The translations under genes and the position numbers were made by a program. From the NCBI GenBank assembly GCA_964395165.1, contig CAYMZY010000001.1:1695-65694 (forward strand): DNA of 64,000 nucleotides, in the 5' to 3' direction. The notes under the pieces are model-generated. The model was not told the origin of the DNA. It searched no databases and saw only the letters and a program-made list of their open reading frames with translations. This DNA comes from an uncultured Bdellovibrionales bacterium (lineage in GTDB: Bacteria > Patescibacteriota > Minisyncoccia > Moranbacterales > UBA1568). Numbering within the stretch: the stretch's first letter is position 1; each line of letters begins with the position of its first letter. This document shows, one piece after another, positions 1 through 10,077 of the stretch.

Positions 1-874
1 CGAAGCCCTTAAAGGAATAGACCTTTCTATTGAGGAGGGGGATTTTTTCGCTTTGCTTGGTCCGAATGGTGCCGGAAAGACGACATTGATCAATATCTTG
101 TCCGGATTGGTGAATAAGACTTCTGGGAGGCTTTCGGTGCATGGCGTATCCATCGATGATGATGCCGCTCAAGCGAAATTGCAGGTCGGAGTCGTGCCTC
201 AGGAATTCAACTTCGGTATTTTTGAGAAAGTGCTTGATATCGTGCTTGACCAGGCCGGGTATTATGGGATTTCCCGTCGCCAGGCCTATCCGAATGCGAA
301 AAAGTATCTCACACAACTCGGGCTCTGGGAGAAGAAAGACGTGCAGGCGCGCGAGTTATCGGGTGGAATGAAGCGCCGGTTGATGATCGCCCGCGGGCTG
401 GTGCATGACCCCAGGTTTCTCATTCTTGATGAACCGACCGCCGGAGTAGATATCGAGCTGCGTCGAGGAATGTGGGATTTTTTGCGCGAACTCAATCGTG
501 ACAAGGGGGTGACCATTCTCCTTACGACGCACTATCTGGATGAAGCGGAGGAGCTCTGTCGGAATATGGCCATCATCAATCGGGGGGAAATCGTGGCATC
601 AGGATTGATCAAGGACCTGCTTGCGACGATGGAGGATGAATCGGTAATACTCGATCTGGACCGTTCTCCGGATGAGAAGACTCTTTCCGGTTTAGCCGTC
701 TTCCATCCTCGTGTGACCGAAAGGTCTCTTGAAGTGACCGTGAACAGACAGCATTCGATTTCCCAGTTGATGAGACTTCTTTCGGCTTCCGACCTCGAAG
801 TGCTCTCCCTCCGGAACGTGTCGAATCGTCTGGAAGCGTATTTTCTTCGGATGACGAAGAAGGGGAATGAATAA
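1..874 (+). CDS. ABC transporter ATP-binding protein (ABC-2/NodI-CcmA-like), 5' end truncated by window edge
   Basis: Frame is open from nt 2 (EALKGIDLSIEEGDFF...). Walker A GPNGAGKTT, ABC signature LSGGMKRR, Walker B ILDEPTAGVD, H-loop TTHY. Confidence 0.85.
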   Translation, partial: EALKGIDLSIEEGDFFALLGPNGAGKTTLINILSGLVNKTSGRLSVHGVSIDDDAAQAKLQVGVVPQEFNFGIFEKVLDIVLDQAGYYGISRRQAYPNAKKYLTQLGLWEKKDVQARELSGGMKRRLMIARGLVHDPRFLILDEPTAGVDIELRRGMWDFLRELNRDKGVTILLTTHYLDEAEELCRNMAIINRGEIVASGLIKDLLATMEDESVILDLDRSPDEKTLSGLAVFHPRVTERSLEVTVNRQHSISQLMRLLSASDLEVLSLRNVSNRLEAYFLRMTKKGNE

Positions 875-895
875 ATCGGTTAGTATGCGTGCCAT

Positions 896-1669
896 ATGAA
901 TTTCAAACGGAACTTTGTCGCCTATCGGACCATCGTTCATAAGGAAGTAACCCGCATGCTGCGGGTGTGGACACAAACGCTTCTGCCGCCTATCGTCACG
1001 ATGACACTTTATTTCGTGGTGTTTGGGAAGTTTATCGGTTCGCAGGTGGCGAATATCGACGGTTTTTCCTACATGCAGTTCATCGTTCCGGGATTGGTGA
1101 TGATGTCGGTGGTCATGAACGCCTTCATGCATACCGTGTCCTCTTTCTATTTCGCCAAATTCCAGAAGACTATCGAGGAGATATTGGTATCGCCGACCCC
1201 GTACTGGGTGGTCATCGCCGGCTATGTTACCGGCGGAGTGGTACGGAGCCTTCTCACGGGCTCGCTTGTCCTCGGTGTAGCGCTTTTCTTTACGCGTATC
1301 CATTTCGCGCATTGGTCGGCTATCTTCTTGTTCGCGCTTTTGGCAGCTATTCTCTTTTCTCTTTTCGGTCTTATCAATGCGGTGTTCGCGAAGAGCTTCG
1401 ACGGAGTATTCATCATTCCGAATTTTGTTCTGACGCCGCTGACCTATCTCGGGGGGGTCTTTTACTCGGTGAAGCTGCTGCCAGAATTCTGGCAATCGGT
1501 GTCTCTTTGGAATCCGATGGTGTACATCATCAGCGGGTTTCGTTACGGTATACTCGGTATCGCCGATACGGATACCCGGCTGGCCTTCGGAATTCTCTTT
1601 TCATTCGTATGCGCGGCATTCGCTCTTGTTTGGTGGCTTTTCCGGACAGGAAAAGGCCTACGGGCCTGA
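896..1669 (+). CDS. ABC-2 type transporter permease (6 TM), partner of the upstream ATPase
   Basis: 257 aa polytopic membrane protein directly downstream of the ABC ATPase. NodJ/ABC-2 permease-like hydrophobic profile. Confidence 0.75.
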   Translation: MNFKRNFVAYRTIVHKEVTRMLRVWTQTLLPPIVTMTLYFVVFGKFIGSQVANIDGFSYMQFIVPGLVMMSVVMNAFMHTVSSFYFAKFQKTIEEILVSPTPYWVVIAGYVTGGVVRSLLTGSLVLGVALFFTRIHFAHWSAIFLFALLAAILFSLFGLINAVFAKSFDGVFIIPNFVLTPLTYLGGVFYSVKLLPEFWQSVSLWNPMVYIISGFRYGILGIADTDTRLAFGILFSFVCAAFALVWWLFRTGKGLRA

Positions 1670-1869
1670 GATCCACAGGAGAAAACATCTGGTTGCATTT
1701 TTCAGTGAAATGTGCTACCATGGAAGTAAGTAAGTTTTCTTTCGAGTCCCGCAGCAGAGGGTGGGATAGCGTTCGCAAGCGTTTCTCGGTGGCGAAGTTG
1801 TTGCTTCTCCTAGTCAAGTGCCAAGAAGGAAGGTCGTCTTACGGTGTAATCAGTTCGAAGCAACACAGT

Positions 1870-2136
1870 ATGTCAACAAAGTTGTATGTCGGCGGTATCT
1901 CATACCGCTCGACTGAGGATTCGCTCGCTGAAGCTTTCGCGCAGGCCGGTTCGGTCGTATCCGCGAAAATCATCACCGATCGCATGACTGGTCGCTCGCG
2001 CGGTTTCGGGTTCGTCGAAATGGGGGCCCCGGAAGAAGCGCAGCGTGCCATCGACATGTGGAATGGCAAAGAACTTGATGGTCGCACTTTGACCGTCAAT
2101 GAAGCCCGACCGCTTGAAGATCGTCCACGGAACTAG
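1870..2136 (+). CDS. RNA-binding protein, single RRM domain
   Basis: MSTKLYVGGISYRSTEDSLAEAFAQAGSVVSAKIITDRMTGRSRGFGFVEMG: RNP2 (LYVGGI) and RNP1 (RGFGFVEM) motifs. It is only the 3' part of the long 967-2136 frame. Confidence 0.8.
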   Translation: MSTKLYVGGISYRSTEDSLAEAFAQAGSVVSAKIITDRMTGRSRGFGFVEMGAPEEAQRAIDMWNGKELDGRTLTVNEARPLEDRPRN

Positions 2137-2161
2137 TTTTTGTTCCGGTGTGATACGAAAA

Positions 2162-2193
2162 GGACTCTGGCAGGAATGCAGGGGTCCTTTTTT
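2162..2193 (+). terminator. possible intrinsic terminator after the RRM gene
   Basis: Imperfect GC stem ggactctg...caggggtcc followed by TTTTTT. Confidence 0.3.
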
Positions 2194-2310
2194 ATCGCTG
2201 AAAAAAAGCAGTGAGTAGCGGGTTTGTCTCCGGTTAGGCGAGGTTTTTTCTGTCGCATGTGATGAGCTTCGGGGATAGTGTATACTGGAAAGGAATTATC
2301 CTGACGCTCT

Positions 2311-2670
2311 ATGCAAAGAATACTCCTGTTCATTCTCTCTTTCGGTTTTATCGGAGTTGGCCTGTTCGGTTTCACCTGCGGATCATTGCCGGGGACTCTC
2401 GATATCGATCCGCTGCACAATATCGGTTACATCCTCTCCGGTCTTCTGGCTCTCGCATCCGTGATGCTTGGGGAGAGGGCGATTCGCTTTTACTCCCGTT
2501 CTTTCGGTCTGATCTACCTGATAGTTTCGGTTATCGGGTTTTTCGAACCAACCCGTTTCATTTGCGGATTTTTCGTTTTGGGCCTTTCGAACTACTGGCT
2601 TCATGCTGGTATCGCCTTTTTGCTTTTTTGGATTGGGTTTTCTTGGTATCCCGAAAAGAAAGCAGTCTGA
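2311..2670 (+). CDS. small hypothetical membrane protein (about 4 TM)
   Basis: 119 aa, four hydrophobic helices. TGTATACTGG promoter-like motif 25 nt upstream. Confidence 0.5.
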   Translation: MQRILLFILSFGFIGVGLFGFTCGSLPGTLDIDPLHNIGYILSGLLALASVMLGERAIRFYSRSFGLIYLIVSVIGFFEPTRFICGFFVLGLSNYWLHAGIAFLLFWIGFSWYPEKKAV

Positions 2671-2760
2671 TATAAGACGTGTTTTCGAGCATACGGCAAG
2701 TCAGTTTGAGAGAAGACAGATAGGTTGAGTTATATAAAAAACGAATTAACACCAACATCT

Positions 2761-3921
2761 ATGTACAGGGTCTCCTCTCTTTTTTTGGCAGCGGTATGCA
2801 TCGGCTGTTTCGGATTCGGGAGTCAGACATTTGCCTTGGGGGAGTCATGTACTTCACCTGATACGCCAGGAACCGGTGTCTGTGCAGATTATGATGATCG
2901 GGAAGCGTTCGATGTATCGCGTTTCTGCAGCCCTATCGCTTTTCCTGGTAATTCATCCTGTGCATCGGGTTCTGGTTTCATCGTATGCGCCTTTAATTGT
3001 TCACCAGCATATTCTCCCGGTAGCGGTCCGAGTGATTCTTCCGGCAGTGGTCCGAGTGATTCCGACACAGGGGGACCTGGCGCAGCTTCCGGCAGCGGTC
3101 CGAGTGATTCTGACACGGGTTCTTCCTGGGATTGGTTCGGTACCGATTCAGGCTCTCCTTCCGAATCCGATGGCACTCCGGGTACGGGCTCTCCTTCCGG
3201 ACCTTCCACATCGGGAAGCGGTCCGAGCTCAAGCAGTGGCTCCGGAGCGTCGCCCTGTCGTGGCAGTAGTGGGCGAACGGGTTCCTGTGTCGCGTCCTGC
3301 TCCTCTCCTTCCGATCTCATTTCCCCGGCTTCCGGCTGTGCGACAGGACAATCCTGTTGTGCCGGAGCGGCAGCAGCCACTGGGAGCGGGGCGGGGGCTG
3401 GCGGTGGAACAAAGACTATTTCGATAAAAAATCCGGTAGCGTTCAACACGGTAGAGGCCTTGCTCTCAGGAGGAATCCTTCCCTGGCTTCAGGGAATCGT
3501 CGCGACGATCGCCCTTGTTTTCTTTGTCATCGGAGCGGTCATGTATATGACTGGCGGAGTGGATGAGGGTAATGTCAAACAGGGGAAAGCCACCATGACT
3601 GCTGCTCTTGCTGGTTTCGCTCTCGCGCTCGCCGCGCCGACCTTTCTTAAGGAAATTTACGGTATTTTTGGGGCTTCTTCTTCGACTGCTGGCCCGACCC
3701 TGATCGGCATATCACTTAATGTCTTGAAGTTTCTTATTTCCATTGTTGGTATTCTCGGGACCATTATGCTCGTCGTCAGTGGCCTTTCCTACATGGGTTC
3801 CGCCGGAGCGGATGATAAAGCGAAATCAGCTAAAAAAATGGCGACCTATGCTGTTATCGGTATCGCCCTCGCTTTGGCCGCATTGATTATCATCCGGCAA
3901 GTTACGAAATTCTTTTCGTAG
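2761..3921 (+). CDS. secreted Cys-rich, Ser/Gly/Pro-rich protein with two tandem TrbC/VirB2-like pilin-type membrane modules
   Basis: Signal peptide MYRVSSLFLAAVCIGCFGFG. Cys-rich N-domain (about 10 Cys), low-complexity GSGPSDSD repeats, a second Cys cluster, then two repeats of a paired-TM module (LLSGGILPWLQGIVATIALVFFVIGAVMYM...TAALAGFALALAAP and LIGISLNVLKFLISIVGILGTIMLVV...YAVIGIALALAALIII) resembling VirB2/TrbC pilins. Confidence 0.5.
   Translation: MYRVSSLFLAAVCIGCFGFGSQTFALGESCTSPDTPGTGVCADYDDREAFDVSRFCSPIAFPGNSSCASGSGFIVCAFNCSPAYSPGSGPSDSSGSGPSDSDTGGPGAASGSGPSDSDTGSSWDWFGTDSGSPSESDGTPGTGSPSGPSTSGSGPSSSSGSGASPCRGSSGRTGSCVASCSSPSDLISPASGCATGQSCCAGAAAATGSGAGAGGGTKTISIKNPVAFNTVEALLSGGILPWLQGIVATIALVFFVIGAVMYMTGGVDEGNVKQGKATMTAALAGFALALAAPTFLKEIYGIFGASSSTAGPTLIGISLNVLKFLISIVGILGTIMLVVSGLSYMGSAGADDKAKSAKKMATYAVIGIALALAALIIIRQVTKFFS
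3010..3125 (+). repeat. imperfect tandem repeats (ggcagyggtccgagtgattcyg..) encoding GSGPSDSD units
   Basis: Three copies of cggcagcggtccgagtgattc-like units are visible in the sequence. They are the source of spurious alternate-frame ORFs 2831-3449. Confidence 0.6.
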
Positions 3922-3941
3922 TAGTTTCAGAGAAGACCGTG

Positions 3942-4751
3942 TCAGAGGAAATGAGCGGATTTCATCGATCGCGAAGAGGAAAATACAGATGTGTTCCGGG
4001 CAAAAACGATGCCGAAAACTTTTCGGGCGCCGGCTCGTTTGAGCGTTTTTGCGCAGGCGTCAAGCGTGCTTGAGGTCGTCGCGATATCGTCGATGAGCCA
4101 GAGAGATTGTCCTTTGATGACGGAACGGGCCGGTTTCGGTACAGAGAAAGCATCTTTGATGTTGTGTTTTCGGGAGATAGCATCAGGCATTTTTTGTTGT
4201 GGAAGTGTGAATCGGTGACGTATGAGACTTTTTGTGTCGAAAGGGATCGTTGTTCCTGGTAGGAGTAAGGCAGCGAGAGAATGACCGAGGAGTTCGGATT
4301 GATTGAAACCGCGATAACGGAGTTTCCATGGATGGAGCGGGACAGGGAGAATGCGATCGGGAAGCGGAAGTCCGGATGTAGCGACTGCTCGTATGAAGAG
4401 CCGAGAAAGAGGTCGGGAAAGGGATTCGAGAGAGCGGTACTTGAAAGCGTGCAAGGCGGTACTTACGAGGGTTTGCCGATGATCGTATGCGACGAAGACT
4501 CCATCGAGGCTGTTGCTCGAGGAACAGGCGAAGCAGATCTCACCATGGGGGGTAATGTGTCTGTGACAGGAAGGACAGGACTGTTCGAAGAGCGGTCTGA
4601 TTTTTGAACAGCACGCCGGGCAGAGGAGTTCGGCTTCTTTTCCGCAGCCGAGACAGGAAAGTGGGAAGAAAGTATCAAGTATGAGGCGCTTCAAGATACG
4701 CGCGGAGCGGAAAAGAGAAAATCGGGAAGTGGTTTTTATTTGGCGTGACAC
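3942..4751 (-). CDS. comF: ComF family competence protein (ComFC-like phosphoribosyltransferase)
   Basis: N-terminal Cys4 zinc finger (CLGCG...CPACC...CPSCH). C-terminal PRTase motif LWLIDDIATTSSTL. Confidence 0.75.
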   Translation of the reverse strand: MSRQIKTTSRFSLFRSARILKRLILDTFFPLSCLGCGKEAELLCPACCSKIRPLFEQSCPSCHRHITPHGEICFACSSSNSLDGVFVAYDHRQTLVSTALHAFKYRSLESLSRPLSRLFIRAVATSGLPLPDRILPVPLHPWKLRYRGFNQSELLGHSLAALLLPGTTIPFDTKSLIRHRFTLPQQKMPDAISRKHNIKDAFSVPKPARSVIKGQSLWLIDDIATTSSTLDACAKTLKRAGARKVFGIVFARNTSVFSSSRSMKSAHFL

Positions 4752-7210
4752 ACGAGAATGTTGCGGTGAATCGAGAACGTGATATGAGTAGCAGAGCTCT
4801 TGATGAGGGTTTCTGCGAGGGGGTATTCGACCAGTGTCTCGATACTCTTCCGGATGAGACGGGCTCCGTGTTGCGGGGAAAAGCTCTGTTTAGCGAGGAA
4901 CGGAACGACTTCTTTGGTGAATGTCAGAAGCACGCCCTTTTTTTCCAGTCGTTTTTTGAGCGCGTCCAGTTCGAGTCGGGTGATGGCTTCGAGGGCGCGC
5001 TGATCAAGCGGTTGAAAAACCAGAGTCTCTCCGATTCGGGCGAGAAGTTCCGGACGGAGGGTTTTTTTGAGATCAGTCAGTACGGTATGGCGGATGTTTT
5101 CGAATCGAGCTGCGATGTCTCCCACACCGAAGTGTTTTTTGAACCCGATGGCGGAGGATTCGGTGAAGGCTGTCGTACCGATATTCGAAGTGATAAGGAT
5201 GAGAGCGTTTTTGAAGCTTACCTGTCGACCTTCAGCGTCAGTCAGCATGCCTTCATCCAGGATCTGGAGGAGGATGTTGAGAACATCCGGATGGGCTTTC
5301 TCGATTTCGTCGAAGAGAACGACGGAAGACGGGTTTCGCCGGACGCGTTCGGTGAGTCTACCGCCATCGCCGTAGCCGATGTAGCCGGCAGGAGAACCGA
5401 TCATCTGTGCGACACTGTGTTTTTCCATGAATTCGCTCATATCGATACGTATGAGACTCTGTTCGTTGCCGAAATATTCTCTGGCGAGTATTTTGGCAAG
5501 ATGTGTCTTCCCGACACCGGTCGGGCCGAGCAAGAGGAATGATCCGATAGGTCGTCCGGGAAAGTGGATCCCTGAAAGCGAACGGGTAAGCGAACGGGTG
5601 ATCGTTTTTGAGACATCGTCCTGGCCGACAAGCTCTCGTGCGAGAGTCCGTTTCAGCGAGGTGAGTTTGCGGTTCGGAGCCTGCCCGGAGAGTTTTTCGA
5701 CAGGGATTCCGGTCATGCGCGAGAGAGCGAGAAAGACATGTGTTTCAGTGACGGGTACGGATGATAGGGGATTCTTTTTGGTTGTCTCCGAGAGTGTCTT
5801 GAGGCGTTCCTTGACCTGTTGTTCCTCCTTATGCCACGAAAAAGCTTCATCGAAATTGCCTTCTTTAACGAAGCGTTCCTTGGCAAGGCTGGCATCCTGG
5901 CACTGTCGGGAGAGGAGCGAGAACGTGGTTCCTTGCTTGAAGTTGCTTCCCGAAGTCGTTCCAGCTCGAGCGGACGCCTCATCGAGGATATCGAATGCCT
6001 TGTCTGGGAAGAAACGATCTGGCACCGATCGGGACGCGAGATCGACTATGAGTGCGATGATTTCCGGAGAGAGGGCGACCCGATGATGGTTTTCGTAGAG
6101 GGATTTCGACGCTTCAAGGATGTCGATGGTCTCTTCGGCGGTAGGTTCCCGGATGATAAGGGGCTGGAATCGCCGTTCGAGTGCAGCGTCTTTTTCGATA
6201 TACTTTTTATATTCGGTGAAAGTGGTGGCTCCGATGCAGCGGATGTCGCCGCGAGCGAGAGCTGGCTTGAGGATATTGGCTGCGTCGAGGCTTCCGTTTG
6301 CATTTCCGGCGCCGACCAGAGTATGGATTTCATCGATGAAGAGGATGATATCGGTATGAGCTTTTGTCTCAGCCATGATGTCTTTCAGACGGGTTTCGAA
6401 TTCGCCGCGAAAGTTCGTTCCTGCGACGATGAGTGCGAGGTCGAGAGAGAGGATACGTTTTCCAAGGAGCGATGGGGGAACTTCTCCTTGGGAGATTCGG
6501 TCAGCAAGGGCTGCGACCAGAGCCGTTTTTCCGACACCTGGCTCTCCGATGAGAAGGGGGTTGTTTTTGGTACGTCGAGAAAGGATGGTGATCAGGCGAT
6601 CGATTTCCATTTCCCGTCCGACGAGGATGTTCTGCTTGTCTTGGGTTTTGGTATCGGTGGCGAACTGATCGAGGCCGGGCGTTCCGGATCTTTTTTTCGA
6701 AGGGACTCTTGAGAGAATGTTTTCCGAAGTTTCAAAGAGCCCGGGAAGTTCCGGGAAGTGTTCGAAATGGAGGTGATTTTCGAGAGAGGATACCGCCTTT
6801 GAAAGATCGATTTCGAAAGCGCCTGTAACGAGATGGATATCCTCGTTATCCGAGTTTATGAGTGCTGAGACGATGTGTTCTGTTCCGACATAGGGGAAGG
6901 AACGGGTGTGAGCGAGCTGATAGGCATTCCGGAGAATCGTTCTTGTGGCAGGCGAGAGAGAGGGAATGAAACGGGCAGGCAGACGCTCCGATTTTTTGTG
7001 CTTGAGGCAAATCTTTCCGAGCCGTTCTTTTTCGAAGCCGATATTCTCGAGAAGGAAGCTGCCGAGACTTCCGTTTTCAAGGAAAATGGCAAGAAGAAGG
7101 TGTTTCGGTTCGATAGTCCTGCTTTTGGAATATGAGGCGATATCGCGCGATTCCTTGAGGGCGTGACGGGCGTGAAGGGAGAGTTTTTCGAGAAAAGGGG
7201 TGGTAAACAT
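4736..7210 (-). CDS. clpC: ATP-dependent Clp protease ATP-binding subunit ClpC-like (two AAA+ modules)
   Basis: Clp_N repeats. AAA1 Walker [10 protein letters not shown] and AAA2 Walker A GPTGVGKT are about 340 aa apart, and there is no long ClpB-type M-domain. 824 aa. Confidence 0.8.
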   Translation of the reverse strand: MFTTPFLEKLSLHARHALKESRDIASYSKSRTIEPKHLLLAIFLENGSLGSFLLENIGFEKERLGKICLKHKKSERLPARFIPSLSPATRTILRNAYQLAHTRSFPYVGTEHIVSALINSDNEDIHLVTGAFEIDLSKAVSSLENHLHFEHFPELPGLFETSENILSRVPSKKRSGTPGLDQFATDTKTQDKQNILVGREMEIDRLITILSRRTKNNPLLIGEPGVGKTALVAALADRISQGEVPPSLLGKRILSLDLALIVAGTNFRGEFETRLKDIMAETKAHTDIILFIDEIHTLVGAGNANGSLDAANILKPALARGDIRCIGATTFTEYKKYIEKDAALERRFQPLIIREPTAEETIDILEASKSLYENHHRVALSPEIIALIVDLASRSVPDRFFPDKAFDILDEASARAGTTSGSNFKQGTTFSLLSRQCQDASLAKERFVKEGNFDEAFSWHKEEQQVKERLKTLSETTKKNPLSSVPVTETHVFLALSRMTGIPVEKLSGQAPNRKLTSLKRTLARELVGQDDVSKTITRSLTRSLSGIHFPGRPIGSFLLLGPTGVGKTHLAKILAREYFGNEQSLIRIDMSEFMEKHSVAQMIGSPAGYIGYGDGGRLTERVRRNPSSVVLFDEIEKAHPDVLNILLQILDEGMLTDAEGRQVSFKNALILITSNIGTTAFTESSAIGFKKHFGVGDIAARFENIRHTVLTDLKKTLRPELLARIGETLVFQPLDQRALEAITRLELDALKKRLEKKGVLLTFTKEVVPFLAKQSFSPQHGARLIRKSIETLVEYPLAETLIKSSATHITFSIHRNILVCHAK

Positions 7211-7452
7211 AGGTATACGGAAAAGGAAAGGTCATCTCTTTTGAGTAGGCGTATTCTATTTTTTTGCAGGCACTCTGTCAATGAAAAGTAGGATTCGGAC
7301 TCGCCGGGTACGTTTCGGCCGAGCCATTCGTTTTTTGGAAGGAGAAGAGTGACGGCCATCGCGTTTTTGACTTCCGAAGAGCTCGTTGGACTTCCATATC
7401 TTGGTACAAATGTGATAAGATTGAGACTGGTGAAATACAAAGAGAAAAACAC

Positions 7453-8574
7453 ATGCCTTTTTTTGGGAATCCTCGTTTTTTGGGAATCGATTTCGGGACT
7501 GCCGCTTTGAAGGTGGTCGAGCTTGAACTTATCGGTGGAAAACCGGTCCTGGTGAACTATGGAGTGGCTGATTTTTCGCATCTGGAAGAGGAACTTAAGA
7601 ATGCGACATATACCTATGATGAGGCGGTGAGTCTCTATCTCCATGCTCTTCTGGTGAAAATGCAGCCGAAGACCAACAGCGCATATATCGCGATGCCAGC
7701 GTATACGGGGCTGATAACGCTCGTCGAGTTTCCGGAGTTGGACGAGACGCAGATGAGCGAGGCGGTACAATTCGAGGCGCACAAGTATGTGCCGGCCACA
7801 TCGCTTGACGATGTCGCTCTTTCGTGGGAAGTCATCGAGCGACGGAAGGGAAGCGAAGGGGAAATGATCATGGAAGTTCTTCTGGTGGCTGCTCTCAGGA
7901 AGGAAGTCAATCGGTATCAGTCATATATTCGACAGGAGTCCCTGGAAATGAGCCTGCTTGAAATAGAGACATTCGCGATTGTGCGGGCTTTGCTTGAAAA
8001 AAGTTCCGGATCTGGAGCGAAGATCTTGATCGATATCGGGTCTCGCGCGACGAATATCATCTTGACGAATGATGGTTCGGTGAAACTGAGTCGGAACATC
8101 GATACGGGCGGGAAGGATATGACGAGGACTTTGGCGGATACGATTGAGGTGGCTCGATCTCGTGCGGAGGAACTCAAGAAGAGCGGGAAGGATTTTTTGA
8201 ATCAACGGGAGTCGGCTGTCGTATTCCCGACACTGCAGGTGGTAATCACGGAAACGAAGCGAGTCATCGCTTCCCATGAGGAAAAGCATCCTGAATCGAA
8301 AGTGACGGAAATCATCCTCTCGGGCGGGTCGTCCCGATTGGCCGGTATCGTCGAGTATTTTTCGTCGATATTCGAGCTTCCAGTCAGTATCGGGCATCCT
8401 TGGTCGAAGATCCAAGCGACGGAAAAACAACAAGCAATGATTCACGAGACGGATACTTCGTTTGCGGTAGCGATCGGGCTGGCATTGGGAGGGGTGGAAA
8501 GCTCCATCAATGAAAAAAAACAGAATAAAGGTTTTTTTGGAGGGCTGGATGCCATGTTTCAGAAGAAAATATAG
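7453..8574 (+). CDS. pilM: type IV pilus assembly protein PilM (actin-like ATPase)
   Basis: FLGIDFGTAALKVVELE N-terminus, ASKHA fold motifs (LIDIGSRATNII, ILSGGSSRLAGI). Confidence 0.85.
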   Translation: MPFFGNPRFLGIDFGTAALKVVELELIGGKPVLVNYGVADFSHLEEELKNATYTYDEAVSLYLHALLVKMQPKTNSAYIAMPAYTGLITLVEFPELDETQMSEAVQFEAHKYVPATSLDDVALSWEVIERRKGSEGEMIMEVLLVAALRKEVNRYQSYIRQESLEMSLLEIETFAIVRALLEKSSGSGAKILIDIGSRATNIILTNDGSVKLSRNIDTGGKDMTRTLADTIEVARSRAEELKKSGKDFLNQRESAVVFPTLQVVITETKRVIASHEEKHPESKVTEIILSGGSSRLAGIVEYFSSIFELPVSIGHPWSKIQATEKQQAMIHETDTSFAVAIGLALGGVESSINEKKQNKGFFGGLDAMFQKKI

Positions 8575-8616
8575 TATAATATCAATCGGGTCGGTCATAA
8601 AATAAAACAGAAGCGT

Positions 8617-9171
8617 ATGCCAGGAGTGAATCTGTCACAATCTATCGCGGAAAAGTCGGCGTATCAGACGAAGAGCGGGAGCGATAAAGGGCGTCTGGTT
8701 ATGTTTGGTATGTTTTTTTTGACGCTGCTTGTCTGGGGAGGTGTGCGAGCCGGTCTGTTTTCTTACGAGAAGAAGATCATGGCGATTCAGCAGGAGATAG
8801 AGGTGAAGAAATCGGGTTTTGGCGGCGCCGTGATCAGTGATATCGCTGATGTGGACGCCCGTCTCGCTCTGGTTAATCAGGAAAAGGCAACTCAGACTTA
8901 TCCGAAAGTCATTTTGACGGGACTTGAAGCAACGGTCTTACCGGTGAATCGTCTGACGAATTTTGATTATGACTTCGAGAAGAGCCTTATCCATATCGTA
9001 GGTGAGGCTCCCGGGTATAAAGAGGTGGCGCAGCAGCTAATGGTGTTTAAGACCTCGCCGCTTTTTTCGGATGTTGTCGTCTCGAGCCTTTCTCGTACGA
9101 AAGATGAAGAAGATGTTTCATCCGTAGTGGTTTTTGATATTACCCTGGTTTGGAACAAGAAGGATAAATAA
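8617..9171 (+). CDS. pilN: PilN-like pilus assembly protein
   Basis: Short cytoplasmic N-terminus, single TM (LVMFGMFFLTLLVWGGV), then a coiled-coil periplasmic part. Position directly after pilM. Confidence 0.55.
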   Translation: MPGVNLSQSIAEKSAYQTKSGSDKGRLVMFGMFFLTLLVWGGVRAGLFSYEKKIMAIQQEIEVKKSGFGGAVISDIADVDARLALVNQEKATQTYPKVILTGLEATVLPVNRLTNFDYDFEKSLIHIVGEAPGYKEVAQQLMVFKTSPLFSDVVVSSLSRTKDEEDVSSVVVFDITLVWNKKDK

Positions 9172-9187
9172 TTTTTATTGTATACGT

Positions 9188-10042
9188 ATGAGTCTCAAAC
9201 TTCTCGCCATACCCCTTCTCGTCATCTCCATCCTGGTGATCGCCATCAGTTACGTAAAGCCGGACCTCGTTCTCTTATCTGAAAAAAGACGTCAACTGGA
9301 ACACTTCCGGCTCCAAGCAGCCTCGCTCGATAGGATTTCATCCAATATCAAGTCGATGCAAACGCAGATAGCGACTAGTAACTCCGACCCTGGATCCCAG
9401 GTGACGGATGCCGATTTCTTGCGTCAGGTCTATTTCCCGGCTGTTTCGGATATCGAGAAGGGAATCGATCAGTTGAATTTTCTGGCCGATCAGAGCGGGG
9501 TTGCCGTGAGTGATATACAGGTGCAGGATGTGGAAAAGAAATCAGCTGTCTCGGCTCTAGGAGGCCTGGAGGATAGCGCAAGTGGTAGTGCCGAGCTTCT
9601 GATTGCAAATGAATCCGACGTTGCGGTAGAGGCGGTTCCGGTCGCCATACATCGGACATATACCCCGGATACTTTCATAGTTACCATCGAAACCGTCGGT
9701 TCCTACGAGGCAACAAAGGATTTCTACGCTCGCCTGGTTCAGGCAAAGCGTTTTTTCTTTCCAAAGGTAATGAAACTTGCCAATAAGGACCAGGGGAGCT
9801 CCGGTTTCCCTGGAACGGAAAAGAAAGAGGATGTCTCTTCGGATACCCTGGTTTCAAGTGTGGAAGTCGAGTTTTCGGTTCTTCCAACGGTATCGGTCGC
9901 CTCCGCTGTCGGGGATGATGCTTTCGAGAAAGCGAAACTTGATTTCGAGACGTTGGCGATGATTCGTCAGGATCAGCAGGGAGTGACGCCGGCTTTGCCT
10001 GCGGCTAATACTCTCGGGAAGACGAACTTGTTCGTTAAGTAG
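9188..10042 (+). CDS. PilO-like / hypothetical bitopic pilus assembly protein
   Basis: Single TM (LLAIPLLVISILVIAISYV) plus coiled-coil, between pilN and pilB. Start chosen at the in-frame ATG MSLKLL. Confidence 0.4.
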   Translation: MSLKLLAIPLLVISILVIAISYVKPDLVLLSEKRRQLEHFRLQAASLDRISSNIKSMQTQIATSNSDPGSQVTDADFLRQVYFPAVSDIEKGIDQLNFLADQSGVAVSDIQVQDVEKKSAVSALGGLEDSASGSAELLIANESDVAVEAVPVAIHRTYTPDTFIVTIETVGSYEATKDFYARLVQAKRFFFPKVMKLANKDQGSSGFPGTEKKEDVSSDTLVSSVEVEFSVLPTVSVASAVGDDAFEKAKLDFETLAMIRQDQQGVTPALPAANTLGKTNLFVK

Positions 10043-10077
10043 ATCGGACAGTCCGACTTATAAGAAGAGGGCATCCT

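Noticed and set aside
692-1495. 267-aa ORF on the - strand antisense to the ABC-2 permease gene
   Set aside because: There is no domain signature and the composition is Arg/His-rich (typical shadow ORF of a GC-rich coding strand). It fully overlaps a confidently called gene.
967-2136. 389-aa + strand ORF spanning the permease gene and the RRM gene
   Set aside because: Only the last 267 nt (from ATG 1870) encode a recognisable protein (RRM). The upstream part is an alternate frame through the permease gene.
2831-3449. 198-aa (+) and 186-aa (-) ORFs through the GSGPSDSD repeat region
   Set aside because: Low-complexity GC-rich repeats keep all frames open. The signal-peptide-containing frame (2761-3921) is the coherent one.
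4745-6712. Several + strand ORFs (265 aa, 219 aa, 297 aa) antisense to clpC
   Set aside because: They are shadow ORFs. clpC on the - strand has unambiguous AAA+ motifs.
7211-7452. CtsR operator (tandem GGTCAAA heptads) or CIRCE element upstream of clpC
   Set aside because: Only a single GGTCA is present. No tandem heptad or CIRCE inverted repeat is found.
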